IMG/VR virus record: IMGVR_UViG_3300020477_000021 | Source of the DNA: an uncultured virus (IMG/VR IMGVR_UViG_3300020477_000021) | Taxonomy: Duplodnaviria; Heunggongvirae; Uroviricota; Caudoviricetes | DNA: 64,000 nt | Strand: one strand, 5' to 3' | Program-made: the position numbers and the translations under genes | In this document: positions 29,706 through 37,968 of the stretch, piece by piece | Layout: every line of letters starts with the position of its first letter | How positions within the stretch are numbered: the first letter of the stretch is position 1 | The notes under the pieces: model-generated | What the model saw: the letters and a program-made list of their open reading frames with translations, nothing else | Databases searched by the model: none | What the model was told of the DNA's origin: nothing

Positions 29706-30860
29706 ATGCAACCTTTAATAGATGTAAAAAAATCACAACAATCCTGTCCAGTAGAAAGTCTTTTTGGTGGTTCAACCGATCCAAAATACAAAAAAGAGGG
29801 CCCCAATGGTTTGCCATGGACAGGTAACAATTTCGTAATTTGGAAACGTAGGTGTATCAAACCTTTAAAAGAAACGGAATCTCTTGAGAGTGAACAAATC
29901 CGCGACGTTCATCAAGAACCTAAAAATGTTGATGACCTCATTTCTAGCTTTCAAGTAAAAGGCTGGGATTATAAGGAGCCTCCTCTTACCTTTACTAGAC
30001 TTCCTAACACTACGATAGATACTATAAAATCTGGTGAAAACAGAAAAGCAGCTGCTGAACAACTTGGATGGGATTCCTTGATTTTTGATGAAGTTGTGTT
30101 CAAAGATCGTTCCTCTAAAAGAATTGCAGCTGTTCAATTCAATAACACTAATCCATCAGTTAAAAACAATATTGAAACTATGGCAAAGAATCTTCATGCA
30201 GCTGAGCGTGATCACGAGTTGGGTCAAAATCCAACTAATAGTGAAAAGAGAAATTATGTTCGATTATTATATGGAACTGGTGATGAAATAAATACCAATG
30301 TTCCAGAGAGTACAATTACGAAAGTCATAAATCGTGCTAAAAACTTTGGTATTCATGGTGTATTAAATCGCAAATATAATAATCCTGCTTTGAATAAGCT
30401 TTGTGATGAAAATGGTATTTATTATGGTGGAGATAGAGATGCTGAAGGGAGATTTTCGTTTGTCATTAAAGAGGATGGGATGCGTTTATTTTGTAACCAG
30501 TTAATGAAAATGGTAAATGACTCACAAGCTAATATGGTTCTTTCTGATGATGAAAAAGGTAAGAATATCAAATTTGCAATTCATGGGTGTATTGATAAAC
30601 CAGACCAAAATATTTCCAATATGAAAAAGAAACGAGAGGCTTGGTTTAAAATTCTTGATGCAGAAGTGTTGTCTCATTTGGATAATTTTATTTTAAACAT
30701 TACTGGAAAAAAACATGATCCTTTTGATATTAAGATGCGTGGATTCATAGCACAAAATGGTGGTGCAAATTCAAAACAGCAGGTAATTGAACCAGTAGGT
30801 ACACTTGTATTTGAAGAATATATGAAACCTATTTGTGAAAACTTGAATTTGAAGTTTTAA
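29706..30860 (+). CDS. ParB/Srx-like N-terminal domain protein
   Basis: VDDLISSF..KGW....PP...IKSGENRKAAAEQLG pattern of ParB-N domains; AAGGA RBS. Confidence 0.55.
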   Translation: MQPLIDVKKSQQSCPVESLFGGSTDPKYKKEGPNGLPWTGNNFVIWKRRCIKPLKETESLESEQIRDVHQEPKNVDDLISSFQVKGWDYKEPPLTFTRLPNTTIDTIKSGENRKAAAEQLGWDSLIFDEVVFKDRSSKRIAAVQFNNTNPSVKNNIETMAKNLHAAERDHELGQNPTNSEKRNYVRLLYGTGDEINTNVPESTITKVINRAKNFGIHGVLNRKYNNPALNKLCDENGIYYGGDRDAEGRFSFVIKEDGMRLFCNQLMKMVNDSQANMVLSDDEKGKNIKFAIHGCIDKPDQNISNMKKKREAWFKILDAEVLSHLDNFILNITGKKHDPFDIKMRGFIAQNGGANSKQQVIEPVGTLVFEEYMKPICENLNLKF

Positions 30861-30874
30861 TATAACAAATGTTT

Positions 30875-30948
30875 GCGGGCATGGTATAATGATATTACAT
30901 TGGATTACCAATTCAAAGATAGAGGTTTGATTCCTCTTGTCCGCTCCA
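30875..30948 (+). tRNA. Non-canonical tRNA-Gly, anticodon ACC
   Basis: Cloverleaf: acceptor GCGGGCA/TGTCCGC, U73, encoded CCA; anticodon stem TTGGA/TTCAA, loop TT-ACC-AA; T stem AGAGG/CCTCT, loop TTTGATT. Confidence 0.85.
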
Positions 30949-30964
30949 TTTATTTTGGTGAGAT

Positions 30965-31840
30965 ATGAAATTTAATTATAAAATAAAAATTTTACCTAAA
31001 GATATAGCTACAATCTTTGTGCAAAAATATCATTATTCACCTGTGATGCCTTCAGTTACTAAATATTATCTTGGTTATTATCTTGATAAAAAGTTAGTTG
31101 GAGTTTTAACATTAGGTTGGGGTACTCGCCCAAGACACACTTTTAATAAAATGTTTCCAAAAGTAAATATTTTAGAAAAAGAATATAATAAATTTGTTAA
31201 TGATATAAATGATTGGTATTATGAAATTGGGAAAATGTGTTTAACACCAGAATTTAATAATACAAAGGGAGCTGGTAGTCAGATGGTTTCTGCAACAATT
31301 CGTTGGTTAAAAGAAAATACGAATTGTTTATTTCTTTATACAATGGCTGATGGAATTATGGGTAAATGTGGTTATGTTTATCAAGCATCTAATTTTTATT
31401 ATGGAGAAAAATATTGGACACAAGTTTATCTGATGGATAATGGAGAAAAATTACATCCACGTTCTTCCAATACATTGTGTAAAGAAAATGCAAAGTTTTT
31501 AGTAGAAAAGCATGGAAAAGGATATTTAGAGAAGAAATATAGTGCAGATAGAAATGGAGACAGGTATCCTAGATATTTTACAACAGATTTTATGTTAGAA
31601 AGAGGTATAACAAAAATTGATGGGTTAATGTTTCGTTATATATATCCATTAACTAAAAAAGCAAAGAAAATGTTAAAAGATTCTTCTATGAATTGGACAA
31701 GAGAATATCCAAAAGATAAAGATCTTGAATGGAAAGATATAACAGATAAGAAAAATACAAAGATTATTGGTAAGCCTGCATTTACTTATGACTATGCAAA
31801 ATACAATGCAAAATACAAGGTAGCTGTTTTACCTATTTAA
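30965..31840 (+). CDS. Mom-family GNAT-fold DNA adenine modification enzyme
   Basis: FVQKYHYS, LVGV..LG, EIGKMCL, SQMVS..IRWLK, LYTMAD...G..GYVYQASNF: motif series of the phage Mu Mom family. Confidence 0.8.
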   Translation: MKFNYKIKILPKDIATIFVQKYHYSPVMPSVTKYYLGYYLDKKLVGVLTLGWGTRPRHTFNKMFPKVNILEKEYNKFVNDINDWYYEIGKMCLTPEFNNTKGAGSQMVSATIRWLKENTNCLFLYTMADGIMGKCGYVYQASNFYYGEKYWTQVYLMDNGEKLHPRSSNTLCKENAKFLVEKHGKGYLEKKYSADRNGDRYPRYFTTDFMLERGITKIDGLMFRYIYPLTKKAKKMLKDSSMNWTREYPKDKDLEWKDITDKKNTKIIGKPAFTYDYAKYNAKYKVAVLPI

Positions 31841-31858
31841 TTTAATGGAGATAGGATA

Positions 31859-32128
31859 ATGTTTGAAGATTTAAGTTTTTGGTCAAAATTTAAAGATAAA
31901 GAAAAAATTATAAAAATAATTAAAAATAATTTTTATGGATTTTGCAAACTCTCGGCCTCCCTTGGTTTAATTTATGAAGAAAAATCACAACGATTTAGAG
32001 ATATGAGTAATGGACAACTTTTAACGATTGAACAAATAGCAGACTTATTTGTTCTTTTTAATAAAAAAATAGATTCTTTAAAGACACAATATTTTGAGGG
32101 TCCTTATATTGTGACCAGTTTAAATTAG
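31859..32128 (+). CDS. Hypothetical protein
   Basis: ORF with GGAG/AGGA RBS. Confidence 0.6.
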   Translation: MFEDLSFWSKFKDKEKIIKIIKNNFYGFCKLSASLGLIYEEKSQRFRDMSNGQLLTIEQIADLFVLFNKKIDSLKTQYFEGPYIVTSLN

Positions 32129-32485
32129 ATGGAAAAAATTACAAAATATTTACAATCAGGGTTATTAAGTATTATTTTAATGAGTACGGTAATAGCTTTA
32201 GGACTTGAAATAAAAACAATGTGGATAAATCAGGTTGTAGCATTGGCAGATTTATTATTATTGTTTTTATATTTAGAAGTAGTTGCTATGGTACGAGTTT
32301 TTTGGCAAGAACAATCTATTAGTATTCATTTACCTCTTTTGATTGCAATAACTGCTCTTGCACGATTTATTATTCTGCAAGGAAAGGAAATGAATCCTTC
32401 TGCGTTAGTATATGAATCACTATCAATCGTTCTTATTTCTTTTGCAATCATAATTCTTAATTTAAAATTTAAACAAAAAACGTAA
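32129..32485 (+). CDS. psiE: PsiE-like phosphate-starvation-inducible membrane protein
   Basis: Four TM helices; ADLLLLFLYLEV and PLLIAITALAR.II. Confidence 0.75.
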   Translation: MEKITKYLQSGLLSIILMSTVIALGLEIKTMWINQVVALADLLLLFLYLEVVAMVRVFWQEQSISIHLPLLIAITALARFIILQGKEMNPSALVYESLSIVLISFAIIILNLKFKQKT

Positions 32486-32502
32486 GAGAAAGGTTCTCTA
32501 TT

Positions 32503-33471
32503 GTGGAATTAACTTTGATGATGTTGTTAGGTTTTATGTTTTCGGCCTATGCAGTAACCGCAAATGATAGTATTCAAACTTTAGGAACATATATTTCATC
32601 TAACCATGATGTAAAATGGTATTGGCAGTATTTGTTCATGGGTTCAATTTTTGTATCAACTGTTTATTATGGATTTAATGTAGTCGGTGATCCCGCATTT
32701 GGTCGATTGTCCAAATTCGTACATCAAAAAATTCATTGGTATCATGCCCTAGCACCAGCTATTCTTTTATTACTCACTAGATTAAAAATTCCAGTATCAA
32801 CTACCTTTTTAGTTTTATCAGTATTTGCAACAAATTTTATTTTAGAAAAGATGCTCGTAAAGAGTTTTCTTGGTTATGGAGTATCTTTTTTATTTTCAGC
32901 TTTTGCTTGGTATATTATATCAAAGTATTTTCTTGATGAGTCAAAGAAGTTTCCAGATAGTCATAATATGTATTGGAGAATTGGACAATGGGTAACAACG
33001 GGTTGGTTATGGTCAACCTGGTTGAAGCACGATTTAGCAAATATTATGGTATTTCTTCCCCGATATCATCCACCTTCACATGGTATAATATATCAGAGTT
33101 TGGTATATGGAATTATGTTATTAGGTTTGGGATATATGTTTTATGAACGTGGAGGAAGGATTCAAGAGATTGTATTATCGAAAACGAATACACGATATGT
33201 GAGGTCTGCAACTCTTATTGATTTTGTTTATTGTTTTGTATTATATTTCTTTAAAGAGTTGAATGATATTCCGATGTCAACTACTTTTGTTTTTATGGGA
33301 ATGTTGGCCGGAAGAGAAATGGCAATTAATGTAGCACAAGGTCATAGATTAACTTATACGAAAGAACACAGACATGGCGTATTTCCAATGTTATACTTTG
33401 ATTTTTTTCGATTATTATTCGGAATGGCAATTAGTGTAGCACTTGCATATGGAGTTCAGTATTTAAATTAA
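32503..33471 (+). CDS. Multi-pass membrane protein, PiT/PHO4-like phosphate transporter
   Basis: ANDSIQTLG and HDLAN repeats, PVSTT and PMSTT, as in PiT repeat signatures; ~9-10 TM helices. Confidence 0.65.
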   Translation: MELTLMMLLGFMFSAYAVTANDSIQTLGTYISSNHDVKWYWQYLFMGSIFVSTVYYGFNVVGDPAFGRLSKFVHQKIHWYHALAPAILLLLTRLKIPVSTTFLVLSVFATNFILEKMLVKSFLGYGVSFLFSAFAWYIISKYFLDESKKFPDSHNMYWRIGQWVTTGWLWSTWLKHDLANIMVFLPRYHPPSHGIIYQSLVYGIMLLGLGYMFYERGGRIQEIVLSKTNTRYVRSATLIDFVYCFVLYFFKELNDIPMSTTFVFMGMLAGREMAINVAQGHRLTYTKEHRHGVFPMLYFDFFRLLFGMAISVALAYGVQYLN

Positions 33472-33480
33472 AGGAGGATA

Positions 33481-34668
33481 ATGAAAAAGATATTTTTAAC
33501 ATTAGTTTTTATGATGATTGGATTTCCTGCATGGGCATCTAATTTTCATTTTGAATCAGAAGATGGAAAGTTCTCGACAAATTTAGGATGGCGAGCTCAA
33601 TTAAGATTTGCAAATCCTGGTGATGAAGATTTACGAACACCATCTCATTTTAGTGATGATGAAACAAGTAATTTTGAATTGCGTCGTATGCGAATGAAAA
33701 TTGGTGGTCATGGCTACAAGCCATGGATTAAATATTATTTTGAATTAGATTTACAACCATCAAGACGTTCAAATCAAGATGAAACAAATTCAACTGCTAG
33801 ACTTATTGATTGGAGAATTGATATTCAACCGTATGAAGTTTTAGCTTTTCGCGTTGGTCAATGGAAAATTAATTATAATAGAGAACGGGTTGATTCATCT
33901 GGTAAGCAACAATTTGTTGAACGGTCTATTGTTAATCGTGTATTTAATATTGACCGACAAGTTGGTGTACTGATGCAAGGACGTTTAGATAAAGGTGGTG
34001 CATTGGACACACGATATTATTTAGGTGTGTTTAATGGTGAAGGACGTTCTATTGATAATACAAATGAAAATATGATGACAATGGCAAGACTTCAATGGAA
34101 TTTGGAAGGAAAGGAATTGGCATGGAGTCAATCAGATGTTGAACGTCATAAAACACCCCATATGCAAATTGCAGTAGCCTGGGTTGGTAATAAAGGAGAA
34201 TGTACGAGGTGGAGTTCTTCCGGTTGTGGTAGTCTGGATGGACTTACACAAGGAACATCCAATCAATATGCTATTGAACAATTTGTCGAGGAAGTAGCTT
34301 ACAAGTATAATGGAATGTCAGTTCAACATGAATATCATTGGAAAGAAGTAATAGATAATAATACAAACATTACTTATAATTATGATGGTAGTTATTCGCA
34401 GATTGGATATTTTCTTGACCATTTTATCGAGACTGCACCGAAAGAATTAGAAATAGCTTTTCGTTATGCTTTTGTGAATGAACCAGACCCAAGTAATATG
34501 ACTTTAGAAAATAATAGAAAAGAATATACACTTGGAATGAATTGGTTTGTTGCAGGACATAATAATAAAATTACAATGGATTATTCTCATTTAATTTTGA
34601 ATGATGCTTCAGATGCACGTTCTTATAATGATAATAGAGTTCGTTTGCAATGGGATGTTTCATTTTAA
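33481..34668 (+). CDS. Outer-membrane porin, OprO/OprP-like (phosphate-selective)
   Basis: Signal peptide (AWA), FELRRMR, RVGQWK, QFVERS, beta-strand pattern, C-terminal RLQWDVSF. Confidence 0.8.
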   Translation: MKKIFLTLVFMMIGFPAWASNFHFESEDGKFSTNLGWRAQLRFANPGDEDLRTPSHFSDDETSNFELRRMRMKIGGHGYKPWIKYYFELDLQPSRRSNQDETNSTARLIDWRIDIQPYEVLAFRVGQWKINYNRERVDSSGKQQFVERSIVNRVFNIDRQVGVLMQGRLDKGGALDTRYYLGVFNGEGRSIDNTNENMMTMARLQWNLEGKELAWSQSDVERHKTPHMQIAVAWVGNKGECTRWSSSGCGSLDGLTQGTSNQYAIEQFVEEVAYKYNGMSVQHEYHWKEVIDNNTNITYNYDGSYSQIGYFLDHFIETAPKELEIAFRYAFVNEPDPSNMTLENNRKEYTLGMNWFVAGHNNKITMDYSHLILNDASDARSYNDNRVRLQWDVSF

Positions 34669-34671
34669 TAA

Positions 34672-34679
34672 TATAAATA
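34672..34679 (+). promoter_or_regulatory. Late promoter TATAAATA
   Basis: Exact consensus, intergenic. Confidence 0.7.
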
Positions 34680-34709
34680 CATATGGAGGAATGTTAATGG
34701 AAAAGATGT

Positions 34710-35003
34710 ATGAAGGGAAAGCATCTGATTTATAATCACATTCATGTAATAGGGGAAACTATGAAACCTACAGTTCGCCAACTTTATGACGAAAATTTAG
34801 ATCGTACATTTGACTTGTATATACGAAATGTGTTCAAACAAGACCCTGAACATATTTTTAGTTTTATGTTAGAACATTTTCTTAAAGACTTTTATACGGG
34901 TCAAGAGTTTCTTATTCATTATTGCAATCTTAAACCAGAACTTATTGATAAAGTAATGGAACGGTGGAAAGAACAACTTTTAGGCAAGGGAACGATAAAC
35001 TAA
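34710..35003 (+). CDS. Hypothetical protein
   Basis: ORF; start uncertain. Confidence 0.55.
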   Translation: MKGKHLIYNHIHVIGETMKPTVRQLYDENLDRTFDLYIRNVFKQDPEHIFSFMLEHFLKDFYTGQEFLIHYCNLKPELIDKVMERWKEQLLGKGTIN

Positions 35004-35392
35004 TGTATGAGTATAAAATTTCAAATATAGATATAATTGATGGTGATACAGTTGACGCAGATATTGATTTGGGTTTTGGGTTAAAACTAAGAGAACGTAT
35101 TAGATTATTTGGAATTGATACACCGGAAACAAGGACTCGGGATTTAGAAGAAAAGAAACGCGGCCTTGCAGCTAAAGATAGATTGAGAGAACTCATTCGA
35201 GAAACAAAAGCACCAATAACTATTGAAACTAAATTTGATAGTCGAGGAAAGTTTGGGAGAGTACTCGGAACTTTACATTCGTATATTCAACATCCGGAAG
35301 ATAGTTTTTTCGATAGAAAATCTGCCGTGAAAGTAGATATTAACAAACAATTAGTATCAGAAGGCCACGCAGACGTATATATGTCTAAGTAA
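35003..35392 (+). CDS. Thermonuclease (SNase)-like nuclease
   Basis: IIDGDTVD..IDLGF...RIRLFGIDTPE.R, GKFGRVLG, INKQLV.EG.A; ATG at 35003 coupled by TAATG. Confidence 0.88.
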   Translation: MYEYKISNIDIIDGDTVDADIDLGFGLKLRERIRLFGIDTPETRTRDLEEKKRGLAAKDRLRELIRETKAPITIETKFDSRGKFGRVLGTLHSYIQHPEDSFFDRKSAVKVDINKQLVSEGHADVYMSK

Positions 35393-35498
35393 ACCCTTAT
35401 TCTATAAGGAGTTATACCACCCCCGTTGTAACGCTTTATTTTATAAGGGTTTACGCTTTTGTTTATAACGCTTTATAAAACAATGATTTAGAAATCCC
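35390..35498. repeat. Three 25-bp palindromic boxes; 35429-35498 is ~84% identical to 53397-53466
   Basis: taaacccttattctataaggagtta, taacgctttattttataagggttta, taacgctttataaaacaatgattta; 11 mismatches in 70 nt by manual alignment. Confidence 0.8.
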
Positions 35499-35506
35499 CT
35501 TTTTAT

Positions 35507-35535
35507 TTGACTTGACGCCTTGATTTTGCTATAAT
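35507..35535 (+). promoter_or_regulatory. Sigma70-type promoter
   Basis: TTGACT-17-TATAAT with TG extended -10. Confidence 0.85.
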
Positions 35536-35563
35536 ATAAGTAGAAAATTGATATTAGGAGATT

Positions 35564-37852
35564 ATGATGAAATTGAAAGTTGTAAATAAAGAAACGAAAA
35601 ATCAGTTAGCAAAATTATTAGCAAGTGAAAATCTTACCGTAGAACACAAGAAAGTATCTACTGCTTCTTTTGATACTAAAAATCGTGTTCTTACACTACC
35701 AATCTGGAAAGATACTTCCAGCGACTTGTATGATCTTTTAATCGGTCACGAAGTTGGTCACGCACTTTTTACTCCAAAAACTTATGGTGATACAGTAAAA
35801 GAAAATTGTATGGGAAAGCGGAAAAAGTTTCCGCGTGGTTATTTGAATATTGTTGAAGATGCAAGAATTGAGAAAATGGTAAAGAATAAATTTCCAGGAT
35901 TGAAATTTAATTTTTACAAAGGTTACACAGAATTAAAAGAGAAAGATTTTTTCAAGTTGGCATCAACTAATATTGAAAAGTTGAAACTGATTGACAAGAT
36001 TAATCTTTATTGTAAACTTGGTTCTTTAATTAATCTTCCATTTACGGAAGAGGAAACTAAGTTTGTTAAAATGGTTGAAAATGTCAAATCGTTTGATGAT
36101 GTTATCGCCACGTCTAAAAAGATTTTCAAATATACCAAAGACCATCAAAAAGATGAAGAGCCGGATACGGATTTGATGGATGAATTAAAAAATGATATGT
36201 TCGGTGATGGTGATGATTTTGAAATAGAAGATTCTGATAGTGAAATGGATAAAGAAGGTGAAAATGGTGAAGCTGGTGAATGTGGTAATGATGAGTTTGA
36301 TGAGTTTGATAATTTTGACCCAGATGAACCAATTACTCAGGAGAATTTTGATGAATCTTTAAAGAAGTTATTGGAAGATAAAGATAGTCAGGAACGTGTA
36401 TATGTTACAATTCCGGATGTTAAACTTGAGAATATAATTGTTCCAGCCTCTTTTATGGAAGCTGCGTTTGATGGATGGTTTTCACAACCGTATAAAGATA
36501 GTTCTGGTTATACACTTTCTTATAAAAATAAAGCAAACCATAAGGTTGAAAGTGATGCTTTATATTTAAAATTAAAAAGAAATTCTACTTCTATTGTTAA
36601 TCATATGGTGAAAGAATTTCAAATGAAAAAGAAAGCAGATGAATATAAAAGAATACGAACTGCTAAAACTGGTGTGGTTGATACTCAAAAGTTATTCTCA
36701 TATCGTTATAATGAGGACATCTTCAAACAGTTATCAGTTACTCCAGACGCTCAGAATCATGGTCTTGTTATGTTTTTAGATTGGTCTGGTTCTATGCAGG
36801 ATAATATTGCAGGAACATTTGACCAGTTATTAAACTTGGTTTGGTTTTGTAAGAAAGTGAATATGCCATTCCGAGTTTATATTTTTTCAGACCATAGTTG
36901 TGAGTTGTTTAATAACTTTGAAACACATGATAAAGCAAATTATAAACTTAATGATATTCATATTCCATCTTATTTAAAGTTAATAGATGTTTGTAACTCT
37001 GAAATGAATGCTAAGAAATTAGAGAAAATTTTAAAGTATTATTATTTTGTTGCTAAGAGTTTTGATTATTCAATTTCAGGTATTGAACGTCCGAAGTGGA
37101 TGGAATTAAATGGCACACCATTAAATGCAGCTATTTTGTGTGCAGGAAAAGTTATTAATAATTTTAAGAAACATTATAAGTTGCAATTTGTTAATACTGT
37201 CTTTTTAAGTGATGGTGAATCTCATGGAATAAGGCAGTATATTAGTAATGACCATTTGAATGATGAAAAAGACATAGAACGTATTAAAGAAAGAGATTTA
37301 TACAAGTATGAAAATAAGGAAGAAATTATTGAATCTTTAAAAACGCATGACCCGAAGATTTTTGAACAGTATGGTTTGAGTTTTAGTAGTTATGGATGCT
37401 CTGGTCATTATCATAAAGATGTACGGTTGAAGGGATTCGGTGGTAGAGTGGATGACCGTGGTATAGGTCAAACTACTACTTTGTTGAAAGCCTTAAAAGA
37501 AATTACAAATACGAATATAGTTTGTTTCTTTATTCTTCCAGATCGTGACCGTAGATTTTGGCATAGTCGTTTAATCCATGATTTGTTCCCTCATAATCTT
37601 TATAATTGGGAAGCAAAACAAGCTCAACGTAAAGGATTTAAAAAGCTTGGTTATCTTTCTGTTAAAGATACTTGTGGATATGATGAGTTTTATTTGATTA
37701 AGGGAGGCCGTAGTATGAAGATTGAGGAAGAGGAATTAGAGATTGATTCTTCCAAGTCTGCAACGGCAATTAAGAATATGTTTATGAAACATACGAAAGG
37801 AACGAAAGAAAAACGTGTTATTTTGAGTAAATTTATCGAAATAATCGCATAA
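35564..37852 (+). CDS. Metallopeptidase-like + VWA domain protein (CobT-like partner of MoxR ATPase)
   Basis: HEVGH, NIVEDARIE, acidic linker, MIDAS DWSGSM...GTPL...LSDGE. Confidence 0.85.
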   Translation: MMKLKVVNKETKNQLAKLLASENLTVEHKKVSTASFDTKNRVLTLPIWKDTSSDLYDLLIGHEVGHALFTPKTYGDTVKENCMGKRKKFPRGYLNIVEDARIEKMVKNKFPGLKFNFYKGYTELKEKDFFKLASTNIEKLKLIDKINLYCKLGSLINLPFTEEETKFVKMVENVKSFDDVIATSKKIFKYTKDHQKDEEPDTDLMDELKNDMFGDGDDFEIEDSDSEMDKEGENGEAGECGNDEFDEFDNFDPDEPITQENFDESLKKLLEDKDSQERVYVTIPDVKLENIIVPASFMEAAFDGWFSQPYKDSSGYTLSYKNKANHKVESDALYLKLKRNSTSIVNHMVKEFQMKKKADEYKRIRTAKTGVVDTQKLFSYRYNEDIFKQLSVTPDAQNHGLVMFLDWSGSMQDNIAGTFDQLLNLVWFCKKVNMPFRVYIFSDHSCELFNNFETHDKANYKLNDIHIPSYLKLIDVCNSEMNAKKLEKILKYYYFVAKSFDYSISGIERPKWMELNGTPLNAAILCAGKVINNFKKHYKLQFVNTVFLSDGESHGIRQYISNDHLNDEKDIERIKERDLYKYENKEEIIESLKTHDPKIFEQYGLSFSSYGCSGHYHKDVRLKGFGGRVDDRGIGQTTTLLKALKEITNTNIVCFFILPDRDRRFWHSRLIHDLFPHNLYNWEAKQAQRKGFKKLGYLSVKDTCGYDEFYLIKGGRSMKIEEEELEIDSSKSATAIKNMFMKHTKGTKEKRVILSKFIEIIA

Positions 37853-37890
37853 ATTCTTTAAAAATAAGGGTTTATGGACGCTGAATTTAT

Positions 37891-37919
37891 TTGACAAATG
37901 CACCTTATTTTGCTATAAT
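37891..37919 (+). promoter_or_regulatory. Sigma70-type promoter with upstream palindromic box (37850-37874)
   Basis: TTGACA-17-TATAAT with TG extended -10. Confidence 0.85.
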
Positions 37920-37968
37920 ATAGGTAGATAATTGAGAAGTTTATAACTTTATATTGGAGATTTTTGTA

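Noticed and set aside
30875..30948. tRNA-Gly as a simple decayed pseudogene or att-site remnant
   Set aside because: Acceptor, anticodon and T stems pair, identity elements and CCA are intact, and the 19/56 changes are compensatory; no integrase seen. Not fully excluded.
31841..32502. Pho box upstream of the phosphate cassette
   Set aside because: No CTGTCAT-like tandem repeat found by eye.
35390..35498. Mini CRISPR array
   Set aside because: Units are degenerate, separated by only 12-14 nt, tied to promoters, and there are no cas genes.
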